Positions 25,068 to 38,469 of a stretch of DNA of 64,000 bases are shown here, in pieces. The stretch comes from Eledone cirrhosa (taxonomy: Eukaryota), in assembly GCA_964016885.1 (NCBI GenBank), contig CAXHJY010001078.1, positions 27,227 through 91,226 of the forward strand. The letters are read 5' to 3'. The translations under genes and the position numbers were made by a program. Every line of letters begins with the position of its first letter. Position 1 is the stretch's first letter. The notes beneath the pieces were generated by a model. It searched no databases. It saw only the letters and a list, made by a program, of their open reading frames with translations, and was not told where the DNA came from.

Positions 25068-25884
25068 GGATATGGGTAACTCCATGTCAAAGTAGGCAAC
25101 ATTTATCTGATCCCCATCCCAACAAACACGATGAAATTTGGCTAAGTATTAGGGAATTTTAATATGACAAACATCTAAATGATTAGCTGTATTTGAGATA
25201 CTGGTTCTTGAAATTTGGGTTAGAAAACCCAACTTGACACACCACACACCAAGCAGTTATTTTGAATTTTCTCGCATTTATAAATTTCACTTCTACTTGA
25301 CCAGTTACTATGAAAATTGAGATCTGACCTAACTTCCAAATGTGAAATATAAAAAACACTGCTAAACATGTGCTAGGTGCAACATGTATTTTGTCATGGA
25401 TACATATATAGGCATTCAAATTTCAATTTTACCAAGCCTTGTCACCTAAATTGAGCTTTTCTCACAAAGTGCTCAAATTGCATTGTACACCGTTTTGCAT
25501 AAGATGGAGGATACTTTGTGCTAATTTTGTACAAAAAGATTAGCTTCAGCTCTCACTTCCTTCAAAAGTTATGGTACATAAAGCTTTTTGTATTTTATTC
25601 ATATGTGAAGTTATTAGATCTAGAAAGTGCTAATCCTGAGATGATATTGGAATAACTCGGATTCCATTATGGTGAATATATCTTTACACATCAATATATC
25701 AAAACAGATATATATATATTATTTTTCCAGTAGTAATGCACTGGGTAATTGCTGGCCTTGTGCCTAAAGTAGAAACAATTATTTTTCTATTTTGAGGTTA
25801 TAGTCACAATAATTTCTATACTTTCATTTATATATATATATATATATATATTTTTATTTTTTTAATTTTTTTTTTTTTAATGAC

Positions 25885-28800
25885 CATGCTGTAAAATGGA
25901 GGGGTAGAGAGGGCCCTTGAGTCTAGTAAGACATCCTCTCTAGTGCTGGTGGCACAAATAAAAGCACCCAGTCCATGCTGTAAAGTGGCGCTGGTGTTAG
26001 GAAGGGCATCCAACCAGTGTATCAATGCCAAAAAGCTTATCAGCACAGCATCAAAACAGCATAGAAAAAATATGAAGACGTCGCATCTCAGAGTTGCAAC
26101 ACTTAATGTTGGCACTCTCAGAGGTAGATCTGCTGAAATAGCGGAGATGCTGGAGAGAAGGCAGGTGGATGTGTGCTGTGTGCAAGAGGTGAGATGGAGA
26201 GGTGCCTCTGCGAGACTAGTTGTAGGCAAGCGTCTTAGCTATAAGCTATTCTGGGTAGGTAAGGATGATGGGTTAGGGGGAGTAGGCATTTTCCTGGCTG
26301 AGAAATGGATCAATAAGACAATAGAGGTAGTTCGAGTTAGTAATCGAATAATTAAGCTTAGATTAGTTGTAGGTAGGAGACTACTGACAATCATCTTGGT
26401 CTATGCTCCCCAAGCAGGCCTAGGCAAAGATGAGAAAGACTGCTTTTATGAGCAACTTTTGCAAACAACCACAATGACAGAGGACGGAGACATCGTTATG
26501 CTAGCAGGAGACTTCAATGGTCATGTTGGACAGCTCCAGGATGGTTACACTGGGGTACATGGTGGGCACGGTTACGGTTCAAGAAATGAAGAAGGAGTGA
26601 GACTTCTTGAATTTTGTGATGCAAGTACATTGACTATTTGCAACACAAACTTCCAGAAACCTGCCAATCACCTAATAACCTACAAATCTGGTGAGCACAT
26701 AAGCCAGATTGACTTCCTGCTAGTTAGGCAGCGGGACAGGCAGATAGTGTCTAATACCAAGGCATACCCTGGGGAAGAATGTACCCCACAGCATAGGTTA
26801 GTTGTTAGTGATATCTCAGTAAGCAAGAGATGGAATGAGACATATAGGAAGGTGTGGAGAAGAAAGGTCTGGAAGCTAAAAGACCTTTCACTAAAATTCA
26901 AATTTAGGAAAGCCTTTCAAAATGTATATGACGAAAAAGAAGACGATTTAGAGACGTATGACATAGATAATAACTGGAAGTTCTTACGTGACAACTTGCT
27001 GCAGGCTACTGATGAAACCTGTGGCTGGAGCAGAGCTCCAACCAGACAGAGAGTGACCTGGTGGTGGAACAGCACAGTAGATAAGGCTATTAGAGACAAA
27101 AGACTAGCATGGAAGGCTTGGAAAAAGGGTGGGAGTAGGGAAGAATATACAGCCACTAAGAGAGAAGCTAGACGTCAGGTGTACTTAGCACGCAGGGAGG
27201 CAGAGAGTAGGAGGTTTGCCAATGTTCTGCGACGGGAAGATCAGAGGCGTGCGGTGTTCCACATTGCAAGGCAGTGTGTCAATGCAAATCAGGATGTTGT
27301 TGGAGATAAATGTGTCCGGGATGATGCCGGTGTACTTAGTGTCACGAATGACCAGAAAAAGGAGGCCTGAAATGTCATTATGAGAGACTGATGAATGTGG
27401 AGAACGAATGGGAGAGAGAGAAATTACCCTTGGTAGATCCGACAGAGGGACCAGCTATTGAGATTGACGAATATAGGGTCCAAGAGGCGATTAGGGAAAT
27501 GAAAAATGGCAAGGCGGCCGGACCATCCGGAATAGTTGCTGAGATGCTGAAGGCATCAGGGGACGTAGGCACTAAACTGGTTGCACGCATCATCAATCAG
27601 GCTATATATGGTGGTGTCATACCCAAAGACTGGTGCAGCAGTATTCTCATAAATTGCTACAAAGGTAAAGGGGATGCTTTGGAGAGGAGCAATTATAGGG
27701 GTATAAAACTGATAGATCAGGTTATGAAAGTGGCAGAAAGGATTTTAGCACAACTAATTAGAGAAAGGGTCAAACTAGATGAGATGCAGTTTGGTTTTGT
27801 GCCTGGGAAGAGTACAACAGATGCCCTCTTCTTGGTGAGACAAATGCAAGAGAGGTTCTTAGAGAAGAATAAGCCACTATACTTAGCCTTTGTTGACCTA
27901 GAGAAGGCCTTTGATAGGGTACCCCGATCTGTCATCTGGTAGTCCCTAAGGAAGCTAGGTGTTGAGGAATGGCTTGTGAGGACAGTGCAAACTTTGTACA
28001 GAGGTACTCTCAGTAAAGTCAGGGTAGGAATGGAGTTTAGTGAGGAATTCCAGATACAAGTAGGAGTACATCAGGGTTCGGTCCTCAGCCCGCTCTTGTT
28101 CATTATAGTCCTCCAAGCCATAACAGAGGAGTTTAAGACTGGCTGTCCATGGGAACTTCTCTGTGCTGACGATCTGGCTCTTATAGCAGAATCAGTAGAG
28201 GAGCTAGAGAACAAATTCCAGCTATGGAAACAGCAGTTGGAAGCAAGAGGACTGAGAGTAAATCTAGCTAAGACAAAAGTGTTGATGAGTAGAAAAGAGG
28301 ACAAAACCCTGATTCCGTCAGGGAAATGGCCATGTTTGATATGCAGAAAAGGAACTGGCATAAATTCTATAAAATGCACACAATGCAGGTCTTGGGTACA
28401 CAAGAGATGTAGCGGGATAGCAGGCAAACTAACAGGTAGGGAGAAATATGTATGCAGTAGATGTACAGGGAAATTAGACAGTAGAAGTCACACTGATAGA
28501 CACATTTTTCAAATGCGAAAGGGCGCTATAGAAGTGGTGGATAGCTTCCGGTACCTAGGAGATCAGATTAGCATGGGAGGAGGGTGTTCCGAGGCCATAG
28601 TATCTAGAATAAGGACGGGTTGGAAGAAGTTTAGGGAGCTGCTTCCTCTGTTGACGAAGAAGGGTTTCTCCCTGCATACGAAAGGCCGGTTGTATGATGC
28701 CTGTGTGAGGAGCGCGATGCTGCATGGTACTGAGACATGGGCAGCAACCGCAGAGGATATGCGACGGCTGGAGAGAAATGAGGCAAGCATGCTCCGTTGG

Positions 28801-29165
28801 ATGTGCAGTGTAAATGTGCGTGAACGACCCAGCATAAATGTGTTGAGAGAGAAACTGTGTCTGAGAGGGATAGAATGTAGTGTACGGGAGAGGAGACTGA
28901 GGTGGTATGGACATGTGATGCGCATGGAGGATGACCGATGGGTGAAGAAGTGCCAGGAAATGCCAGTTGAAGGAAGACGTGGTAGAGGTAGACCATGAAA
29001 AACATGGGCGGAGGTGGTGAGAACAGACCTCAGATCATTGAAGCTCACGGTGGAGATGACGAGGGACCGTGACGAGTGGAGAGATGCTGTGCTGAATAAG
29101 ACCCGTCCCACCCTTGCAAGCAGGGAAAAGCCGACGTAAAATGATGATGATGATGATGATGATGA
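25885..29165 (+). mobile_element. RTE LINE family A, near full length, inactivated
   Basis: 5' UTR module, single long ORF running into an (ATG)n tail at 29141-29165; 5' boundary approximate, no TSD found. Confidence 0.95.
26072..29139 (+). pseudogene. RTE ORF (~1020 aa): APE endonuclease - RT with inserted PHD finger - C-terminal domain
   Basis: ATLNV, CVQEVRW, YAPQ, GDFNGH, QIDF, QH; NYRGI, QFGF, FVDLEKAFD, GVHQGSVLSP, CADD. Lesions relative to the second copy: 1-bp deletion ~27369, TAG 27940-42, Y>C in YADD 28162-64, TGA 28996-98. Confidence 0.95.
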
Positions 29166-30509
29166 TATAGAGATATAGATATAGTTACATTCCATTATAT
29201 AACCAGCAGCTCAAATATTATAGCTGTAACTTTTTCTATTCCATATTGTAATATCAAAACATTTAATTTCAGGAAGTTTTCCTAACTTGTTAATAATTTC
29301 TTTTAATTGTCATCTGATTAAAATTAAATCTTTATTTGAGTATTTCCTTAAAATACCAATTATTCATTAAGATGTTTTCTCTCTTCCCAAAGATTTTGTA
29401 TTGTTAAAATAATAAAACTCTTTACATTTCTTGTTCTTATAACATTCCTTATCATCATCATCATAATAACTGACAGATAATAGATGTCAAATTTAAAAGA
29501 ATAATTTTTACATTTTTCTTAAAGTTTTACCTAATCTGGATACAGTTGTTTTTCGATGTTATAATTTATGACTTAATTTTACTAAAACATTCAATGATCT
29601 TACTGCAACAATTACAATATACAACTTAAATCTAGTTGAAATGTTCATGGAGAAGGGAGTTCAGTTTGGAAAGTTTAGCCATCAGCAAATATAAACAATA
29701 TGAAATCATATTAGAAACAACGATGTCAACAATAACAAGGATACTGTTGATGATGATAGCAATAACAACAAAAGCAACAACATCAACAACAACAATAATA
29801 ATAGTAACATTTCTTTCTTTTGTTGACCACAAAGACCTGAGACTTTGAAAACATTACAAAGGAAAAATAAACAATAACAAAACAAATACAGATAAAATAA
29901 TAAAATAATAATAATATGAAATAGAAAAGCTTGCGAATATTAATGATCTTTCATTCTTCAGTGTTCTAAATTTCTTCACAAAGCATAAGACCTGAGACAC
30001 TTTTTCGAATATCTTGTAAATTTTTAATTTCATTTTGGAGAGATCAGGATGAGAGAAAAAAAATACATCCTTAGAGATATTAATATTTTTATTTCTCCTT
30101 TCGTACTTAATTTTTCTCCTCATATCCTCCTTTATTATTAATTTAGATGTTTTTGCTTTCTTTCAATCTGCAATAACAAAAGTATGGTCATTTCTTTCCC
30201 CCTGATGATTGTTTGTTGTTGTTGTATTTTAATTTTTTATGATTAGTTTTATAATTTGCCAAACATTTCCAAAGATTAGCTTGTGTTGACTGAAGATTTG
30301 AAGGAATGTATTCAGGTGTGATCGTCAAAGAAAATAGTTATATTTTAATATAGTGTCTTAATGAAAATATGTAAACAGTGATGATACCTCTAGAGTTATA
30401 TAACATTGTGACTTAACATTGCAAAATTTTACCTCCATCAGATGTCTACTTACCTATCATAGTTAGATGTAAGAAAGCAATCCTTGCAAGTGTTTGAATA
30501 TATATATAT

Positions 30510-30843
30510 ACATCATCATCATTGTTTTTATGCTTGCTTTTCCATACTTGCATGGGTTGGATGGGTCCTTCACAGCAAGGTATCTCTCCATTTGTCGCAT
30601 TCCTTCATCATCTCTTCTGCCAGTCTTAGTGATTTAAGGTCTGCTGTCACCACCTCTGCCTGGGTCTTTCTTGGTCATTCTCTATTGCAGCTTCTTTCCA
30701 ATGAGATTTCCTGGCATTTCTTCACCCATCAGCCATTGGCCATGTACATCACATGTCCATACCAATGCAGTCTTTTCTCCTGCACACCATCTTGGATTCC
30801 CCTTAAGCCCAACTTCTCTCTCAGCTTGTCTAAGCTCTGCCTT

Positions 30844-30845
<2 letters not shown>
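30510..30845 (-). mobile_element. Old RTE 3' fragment
   Basis: Degenerate RRLxWYGHV...KKCQE; (CAT)n tail. Confidence 0.75.
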
Positions 30846-30882
<37 letters not shown>

Positions 30883-30884
30883 GG

Positions 30885-31090
30885 GGGGTATAATGTCGTG
30901 AGTGAAATTCCTCAACTAGACGGTGCATTATGTCTTTAACCAAGACACTTTCACATTGCTTCAGTCCACTCATCTGGCAAAAGTAAGTTATACCTGTAAT
31001 TTAAAGGCCCAACCTTGGCACATATTGTGCCATACTGAATCTCCCTAACAACATTCTTGTGTAGGCAGCTCCAGTGATTCATTCAGCTGG
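30885..31090 (+). mobile_element. Degenerate CORE-SINE
   Basis: tgtctttaaccaagacactttcacattgcttcagtccactca. Confidence 0.55.
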
Positions 31091-33044
31091 AATATTTTTC
31101 ACCAGAACAACAACAAAAATATACACAGACACACACACCTATATATATATATATAAACCAATGCAATCGACCAACAATTTAGTCTTCTGGCTTTCTACTA
31201 GTATGTATTACATCCATTCAATATACTGTTTTCCTGACAAAATACCTAACTACTGATACTCTTGATAGTTTCATAGTTCAGTTCATCTGAAGATGATGGA
31301 GTAATAAACTTCACTATTAGGAACATTGTGAAACATTACAAATGATGAATGATTGGTTAGTTTACAATGTGCCAGACAAAATTACCCTGTAGGCTGTTGC
31401 AATAGAGATGGACATGGGAAGTAGCATGTATAATTATTCTAGACATAGTTTTATTTAATTCTATTTTACTACAACAACCAGTTGTATGTGTCCTCAAACA
31501 AAGCATCTAACTCTGTTGATAGAAAATTTCATTCCTACAACACATTTCAGTACTTGGCAGACAAATGGAAGGGTGCCCAGTTGTAAACAATTTCTCTATT
31601 ACTTTGTAATACTAGATGTCATTTCCTGTGTCTTGTATTAATCCAGCCAATAAATATTCTATTGGATTGATTGATAAATATTCACATACCATACCCTAAA
31701 TTTATATTGGAAAGTAAAAGGGAAGATTGCAACATTCAGAACTTCTGTAAAGACAATATCAATATATCTGAAATAGTTCTGTCAAAGAATGAAAATTCTG
31801 CTTTAAAATTAACACATAATAAACATGGTGTCAAAATACCATGTACTTCTATATTTAATTATATCATGTATGTGTGTGTGTGCACGTGCAGATGTGTTTG
31901 TGAGTGTGTGTGGTCGTGTGTGGATACATATATGTATATAAATTCAACCCACACCATATGGTAAAATGAACTTAAAACAATGATAATTAACATAAGTTTT
32001 GTTCCCTTTTGATTCAACGCCACAGTTCTAGTCCTGTAGAAGCCATTTCTATATTAAATTATATATATATATTTGATTTTGATCAATCTGTAAATTTGCA
32101 GCATCTTAAAGATTCCCTTCCGTTTTTACTGAAGTATGTCTTTGATTCATAATTGTCTAATTAAATGAAAACGTCAGTGAAATTTAATCTCTTTCTAATA
32201 AGGGACATAACTTAGCTGGAAGAAAAAAATCAAGGAAGGATCGATTGTCAAATAAGGGAATTAATAAATAAAGAAACAAGTGATAATTAAAATAGTGATG
32301 ATGATGATGATGATGATAATAATGCTAACCTATTGGCTAGAAATACAGGCTGAGAAATATTAAGAGTGGGAGATGAGGTGTAGAGAGGTTCATATTGTAA
32401 TAATTATTATTTTATCATATAAATATTTCTTTGTTTTACTCATGTATGAATTGTACAGGATTTAAACCTACCAGAATCTTTAGCATTTTTCTTTGTAATA
32501 TTGTTTTTTCTTTATTTACGATATCGGCAATAAGGGATTATGTTGGAAAATAAAGGAATATAATATGAACGGATTAGGGATTACACAAGAAGAAATAATA
32601 AAGTGGTAATCATAGCTATTGATTAAATTCAAAATAAGGAATGGAATAATAAGGATAATTTTAATGCTGTTTATTGATTTTTCCTATATAATTATGACAT
32701 TTTTTTAAGGAACATTTCGCAATATTCAGTATGATACACTGTATATATATATATATATAAACTGATGAGTCTATCCATACAAACAAACATATATATATAT
32801 ATGCATACATACCCTCTCATACACACACACATATGTGTGTGTGTATGTGTCTCTCTCTCTTTATATATATAAGGGAGGTCATAATCTGTAATTGGATTCG
32901 TGATTTTTATTAATCTTCAGGCAATATTAACTCATTTTAATGTTTCTTATATGTTGGTGCATAACGTGAAACTAGTTGGTGAATTTTCGGTGCATGTGTC
33001 AGGTTGCTCTTGTTTAGTTCTAAATCAGTTTTGTATGAGCAGAA

Positions 33045-33360
33045 AATTGGTGAGTTTGCAGAATTATTAGAACATTGGACAAATGCTTTGTAGTAATTTT
33101 CCTACACTATACATTCTGAATTCAAATCCTGCCAAAGTTAACTTTGCCTTTCTTCCTTCCAAGGTTGATAGAATAAAATACCAATCAAATAGCAGTATCG
33201 ATATAATCACTTTTCCTCTCCCTTTTTTTCTATTTTATTTTTACTTATGCCAAAATCATTTTTATTGTTCATCATTTGGCAGGATTCTTGGAGTGTTGAA
33301 TAAAAATGCTTTGCAGATTTTATTCCAGCTCTTTCATTCTGAGTGGAAATTTTGCAGCCA
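33045..33360 (+). mobile_element. Two degenerate Deu/Nin-type SINE pieces
   Basis: ctgaattcaaatcctgccaaagttaactttgcctttcttcc...gatagaataaaatacc. Confidence 0.6.
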
Positions 33361-33699
33361 GCAATGTGTGTGTAGGGGGGGGGGGAGTTGAAGTTGTGAA
33401 GTTGAGAATAACTGTCATGGAGTACTAGTGGAAGAGGGAAGGTCAGGTCACATTGTATGCTGCAGGTCATGTCTTCTTCACCACTGTGTAGCTCTAGCCC
33501 TCATCGCTTTTAGTCATTTCTGTTGTAAGGTTTAGCTTTATAAGGCAGGTCTTTACAATCTCATCCCATCTCTTCTTTGGTCTGTCTCTTCCATTTTAAC
33601 ATCTCAGCAATGCTACTGACTATACAGCGACTATATGTATGTGGTTCTGTTTTGAGACAGGTTTGGCATGGCCAACTGGCCTGTCCCTCCTCATGACAG

Positions 33700-33896
33700 A
33701 GCCATCCAGTCCCATATGGTAAATGTGGTTGGTGTTAGGAAGGGCATCCAGCTGTAAAATTCCCTGCCAAATTTACAGTCCTCAATGGAGCAAGCTGTGA
33801 CATGGCCAACCATGGCCAGACTTGCTTCCTGGCATGGAGGACACGTCTAACTTATGCAAGGATGGACGCATTGATGCTAAACGGAAATGATGATGC
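33700..33896 (+). mobile_element. RTE-tailed SINE / RTE 3' UTR fragment
   Basis: gtggttggtgttaggaagggcatccagctgtaaaa ... atgatgatg. Confidence 0.65.
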
Positions 33897-33905
33897 TATA
33901 TATAT

Positions 33906-34087
33906 ATAGGAAAATGTTAGACCCCGACGGCAGAGCTCAAGCCGTTTCGATGTCCAGAAATAGCTGTCGAAACGGCTTGAGCTCTGCTGTCGGGGTCTCA
34001 CATTTTCCTATTACCCACTCTACTACCCTAAGTATTGAGTACTCTGGTGCGTTATGGTCTATCTGGTTCCTTACCCCACCTCCTTCA
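33906..34087 (+). mobile_element. Short hairpin-headed element, copy 1
   Basis: ~45-bp inverted arms 33906-33950 / 33967-34011 plus a 75-bp tail; homologous to 56206-56402; flanked by (TA)n. Strand assumed from the half-hammerhead orientation. Confidence 0.75.
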
Positions 34088-34088
34088 T

Positions 34089-34152
<64 letters not shown>

Positions 34153-34241
34153 ATGTAAAAGGTAAACAGAAATAACAACATAATCGGTACAGTATATGGA
34201 AGGAATATATTAGGTTAACGCTTGAAATATCAGGAAGAGGG

Positions 34242-34277
34242 TCTTAACGTTTCGGACGCTAGTCCTTCATCAGAAGA
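34242..34277 (-). ncRNA. Minimal type I hammerhead ribozyme (Penelope-associated, dimer type)
   Basis: UCUU CUGAUGA A GGAC-UAGC-GUCC GAAAC GUU AAGA. Confidence 0.75.
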
Positions 34278-34767
34278 AAGAATGAGAAATAAGAGAGATT
34301 GAAGGGACGGGCAGGGTGAAATTGGAAAAAATGTCTTTAGATAAAAATAACAGGTCCATTCATGTTGACATCTATTGGAAAACTGTTAATGATGGCATTT
34401 TGTGTATGATTTATTTTTACAGGTACTTTTTACTGCAAGATAATAATTTCTCAAACAGAAATATTTTTTATGATAGTCATATGCTAAGTAGTTCACAACA
34501 TGTGAAACAATCACATTTTCTCTGTGGCTATAGATGGAACATTCCACCATCACTACAGAGAGTTAAGAAAAATCTGACAAGAATGTTAATAATTCCAAAC
34601 TGTATATAACAGTTGGATACTCATTCTATTCTACTGGGGAATCTCATATATATTCACCATGTATCAATCACACAGCAAGGCATTATGTTGTAGATAGAGC
34701 AATTTACTTGACAATACCAAATGTAAAATGTATGCATGTTATGGTTTTATTATTTTAAACATTTCTC

Positions 34768-34956
34768 GGTGGATTGGCAGTATCGGTAGAGGTTCGGATG
34801 CTATGCTTTGACGTATAGAGTTACAGCCCTTGCCATTCTGAGTTCAAATCTCGCCGAGGTTAACTTTGCCTTTCATCCTTACGGCGTCAATAAAATAAAG
34901 TACCAGTAATGTACTGGGTGATTTCTGGCTTTGTGCCAATAGTAGAAACAATTATT
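34768..34956 (+). mobile_element. Deu/Nin-type SINE
   Basis: Full match to the family consensus. Confidence 0.88.
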
Positions 34957-35025
34957 TTAAACATTTCTCACCAATATATCTATCTATATATCTATATATA
35001 TATATATATCTATGTATCTCTTTCA

Positions 35026-35125
<100 letters not shown>

Positions 35126-35402
35126 TGGTTTCCAACGCAGAAACAATAATCTTTCATTGGAATTTAGTCATCAATGAAGCAATTATGAATGTATATATAT
35201 TAGCAACATTACTCAGGTTTATTGTAAAAGATAGATTGTGGTAAAAAGATGCTGACAATGTTTAGTTGGGTCACAAATGTTGATTCACTCAGAATAGATG
35301 TATCCCAGTTATTTTAAAGAGAGTTAATTTTCATCATTATTAAAGTGCACACACAAAAAAGAAAAATACAACAAATATGGAATTTTCTGCTTTTATATAT
35401 AT

Positions 35403-35434
<32 letters not shown>

Positions 35435-36962
35435 TTCTGGAAAAAATTCTTTTGTGGGTTTTTTTCAAAATAATGTACTAATTTAAATAATTACACTAAA
35501 TGAATTATTTTCTAATCAGTAAGTTTTTCCAATGCCTACTGCATTGCTTGGGGTTAAACAATATTTTTTCTTTCTATCAGCTATTAAAAAGAACAAATTA
35601 CATAACCTGTGACCTTCTCCTAGGTGCTAAATATATCTTTGCTAAGTACTTAGAAAATGCACTCCCACACATATATGCATCATCAGTGATGATAATGAAT
35701 GTGCAAAGTACATCTTTTCAACCAATGGCACATCATGTGATGTGACCTGTGTCATTTGGTGTTATTGGCCTTTTAACATTAGCTACCCTTGCCAAGAACT
35801 CTAGTGGGGTTGATGAACGACTAATTTGCATTCCAACAGCATATTTCCACAGGTGAGCCATCTTATTCTAAAGTAACTTGACGGATTACTCTTCAACATT
35901 TCTCATGGATTGAATGATCCTCATCATCGCCACTCTTATAATGTCTGTCACTTCTTCTTCACCACTTCCTGGCCCTTTGTTTTACTGGCTTCAACATAAT
36001 ACTCTTCCTGGGTCACCACATTCCAGTATAATCAGTTATTTTGTTGCCTCAGTTGTCATGATCTTTCCTCATCAATGCAATGTTGTTAGAATGTGGCAAG
36101 TTGGGTCAGGTGAACATGTCTTGATCATATAGAACATGTATATAACCTATAAATAAGATAGAGTATATATGTATGTCATCTGGAATTTTATATATGAGTG
36201 TATCTTTAAAGATGTTAAAGAATAGGCAAATGCTTTTTTCTTTCTCTGAAACTTTGAAAATGTAGCTTTGTAAGTTATGCTGTCTAGTCATTTAACAATT
36301 AAAAACTTCTCAGTAATTTGACACATTTACTGAATTCCTGTGTGAAATATAATCATTCTTTGTTATATTTTAATAAGTTGTATAAATATATCACCTTTCT
36401 TAATTTCTGAGAACAGTGAGTTTTCCGAATAGTTTTCTGATGTCTTGAAAAAGTCTGATATCATTTCTTTTAAACATGTTAGTTCTCAAATGTAAACAAG
36501 TTCAAAATTAATGTCATTTTTAAATTGGATGCTTTTAATTTTTTTTCTTTGATATATTATGCTTTAGCAATGATGATAAACTATGTTAACTATTTTCATT
36601 CAGTCTAATCCAAATATTTATCACTGCACGTTACCTTACTTCCATTTTGCTGACATTTCTCCTAGACCTTATTGACTTAGTTTCCCTTTTTCTTTAATGT
36701 TTGTTCATAAACTCAAACAAGTTCAAATTTAATGTGATATACATCTTTTATGGTTCCTTTCTTATTCACAAAATCTCACTTACCTCTTATCCAGACAACT
36801 CTTAGCTCAACCTGGTCATATTCAGTGACATGAATGAAAACACTAATCAGCATGTAATGTTGAAGGTAGATATATGTATTGATACTTTGAATTATTTGGA
36901 TATTAGCAATGATCTCGGATGTTTAATGAAGCCACTGGTAACGCACGCACAAATCAGACTGT

Positions 36963-37137
36963 GCAGTATCGGTAGAGGGTCGGCGCCATGCTTTCCAGCA
37001 TAGTTATGTCCCTTTACGATCTGATTTCAAATCCCGCCGAGGTTGACTTTGCCTTTCATCCTTACGGAGGCAATAAAATAAAGTACCAGTAATGCACTGG
37101 GTAATTGCTGGCCTTGTGCCTAAAGTAGAAACAATTA
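36963..37137 (+). mobile_element. Deu/Nin-type SINE
   Basis: Match to the family consensus. Confidence 0.88.
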
Positions 37138-38222
37138 ATGACTTTAATAGGACAAGTTCTCTCCCCTTCTTACAGAACTGATCTGAGATGAATTCTTTAA
37201 TATGAAAGCCATACTAGTCCAATGTGTGTGTATGGCTGTAAGAAACATTCATTTAATGAATAAATATATCCATTCTAGTGGCACACATGGCTGACCAAAT
37301 ATACTCCTATTAACTCCCTTTTCCCACCTACTGCCTTGTCTATTAATCTCCACCTCACCTTCTCATCTATCTCTCTTTATCATACTTTATAGGATTATCT
37401 GTTCTCGCTATGATCGGACGTTTTTTCTTCACTCTCTCTCAAGCTGTTAGTACGGGTTCAGGACTTATGTTCGGTCTCCTTATTAACTTTTCTCTCTCTT
37501 CCCCTGGTTACTGCAACTTACATGTATTACTGCCTCATGTTTCCCCTTCTCTATCGGCATGTCTTTCTTTCTTTGTCTTTCTCTTCATTATCGTCTGTGT
37601 TTTTTTGTTTTTTTTCCCGGCTAACTATACCTCTGTGGTAAGATGTATTGTCTTTAATGTGTTCGAAACATCAGCAACCCACAGAATTTTACACCAAAGA
37701 TGATTGAGTTGCGTCACGTTGAGTGCTTTTCATACTATTGCATTATAGTTAACTACACAGAATGAGAAGTTCTATCCAGTAGTGAACCACTAACTTCAAT
37801 GCATATATATATAAATATATATATATGGTCTAATCTTCCTTTGAAATACTTTCTGAAGTCTGTATGATCATTTGGTTTGTTAATTCCCAACACACAATTC
37901 TATAATTGATGTGGAGTATAACATTGTTGAAATTCTACTACTGAAGACAATGTTGTCTGTAACAGCACAAGGGGTCAAGACTAGAAGATCTGTTAACAGC
38001 GGTAAATACCATAGAGAGAAACGTAAAGGTTGTCATCAACAAATTTTCATTTTCAATTCTTCAGATTACTTTGTCAAACTCTGTTGAGTTATGTCTACTA
38101 TCAAAGGTCAAGAGTCTTGCTGACAGTAGTCCTTTCAACATTGAAATGCATTGTTTATCTTATGGTCACTTGTATGGCACCTCTTCAAAAATATTCAGTA
38201 TAAATTAATCATCACACATTAA

Positions 38223-38469
38223 CACTTTCATGACTATATTTCTCATGAAATACACTGAACGTGATTTAGTTATTTTAAAAATAATCAAGAATTTGGAAGG
38301 TTTTTTAAGTAAATTAACTTTTTCATTAAATTGGTGTTAAGAACATGACAACAATGTTCGTAAATAAAATTATGATAGAAGGTTTTAGTTTAGATATTGA
38401 CATTTTAAAATTGGTTTTTATCACAAAACCAGGGGTAATTAATTGCAGGCGGGTTCCTAGTGAAAGGAT
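38223..38469. mobile_element. Degenerate piggyBac-type MITE
   Basis: TTAA|CACTTTCA...TGAAAGGA|TTAA; interior resembles 14312-14549 reversed. Confidence 0.5.

Noticed and set aside
25070-25690. Possible old DNA-transposon MITE
   Set aside because: Composition is suggestive, but no convincing TIR pair or TSD was found.
25885-26070. HDV-like ribozyme in the RTE 5' UTR
   Set aside because: Known for some RTEs, but I could not assemble the nested double pseudoknot by eye.
27360-29000. Programmed readthrough, frameshifting or targeted G>A editing explaining the RTE stops
   Set aside because: Lesions differ between the two copies and are ordinary mutations (1-bp deletion, TGG and CpG transitions).
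29940-29965. CTGAAGA-AT-GAAA on the minus strand (similar at ~13749 on +)
   Set aside because: No stem II or stem I pairing; expected by chance in AT-rich DNA.
32761-32790. CTGATGAG hammerhead box
   Set aside because: No downstream GAAA or stems.
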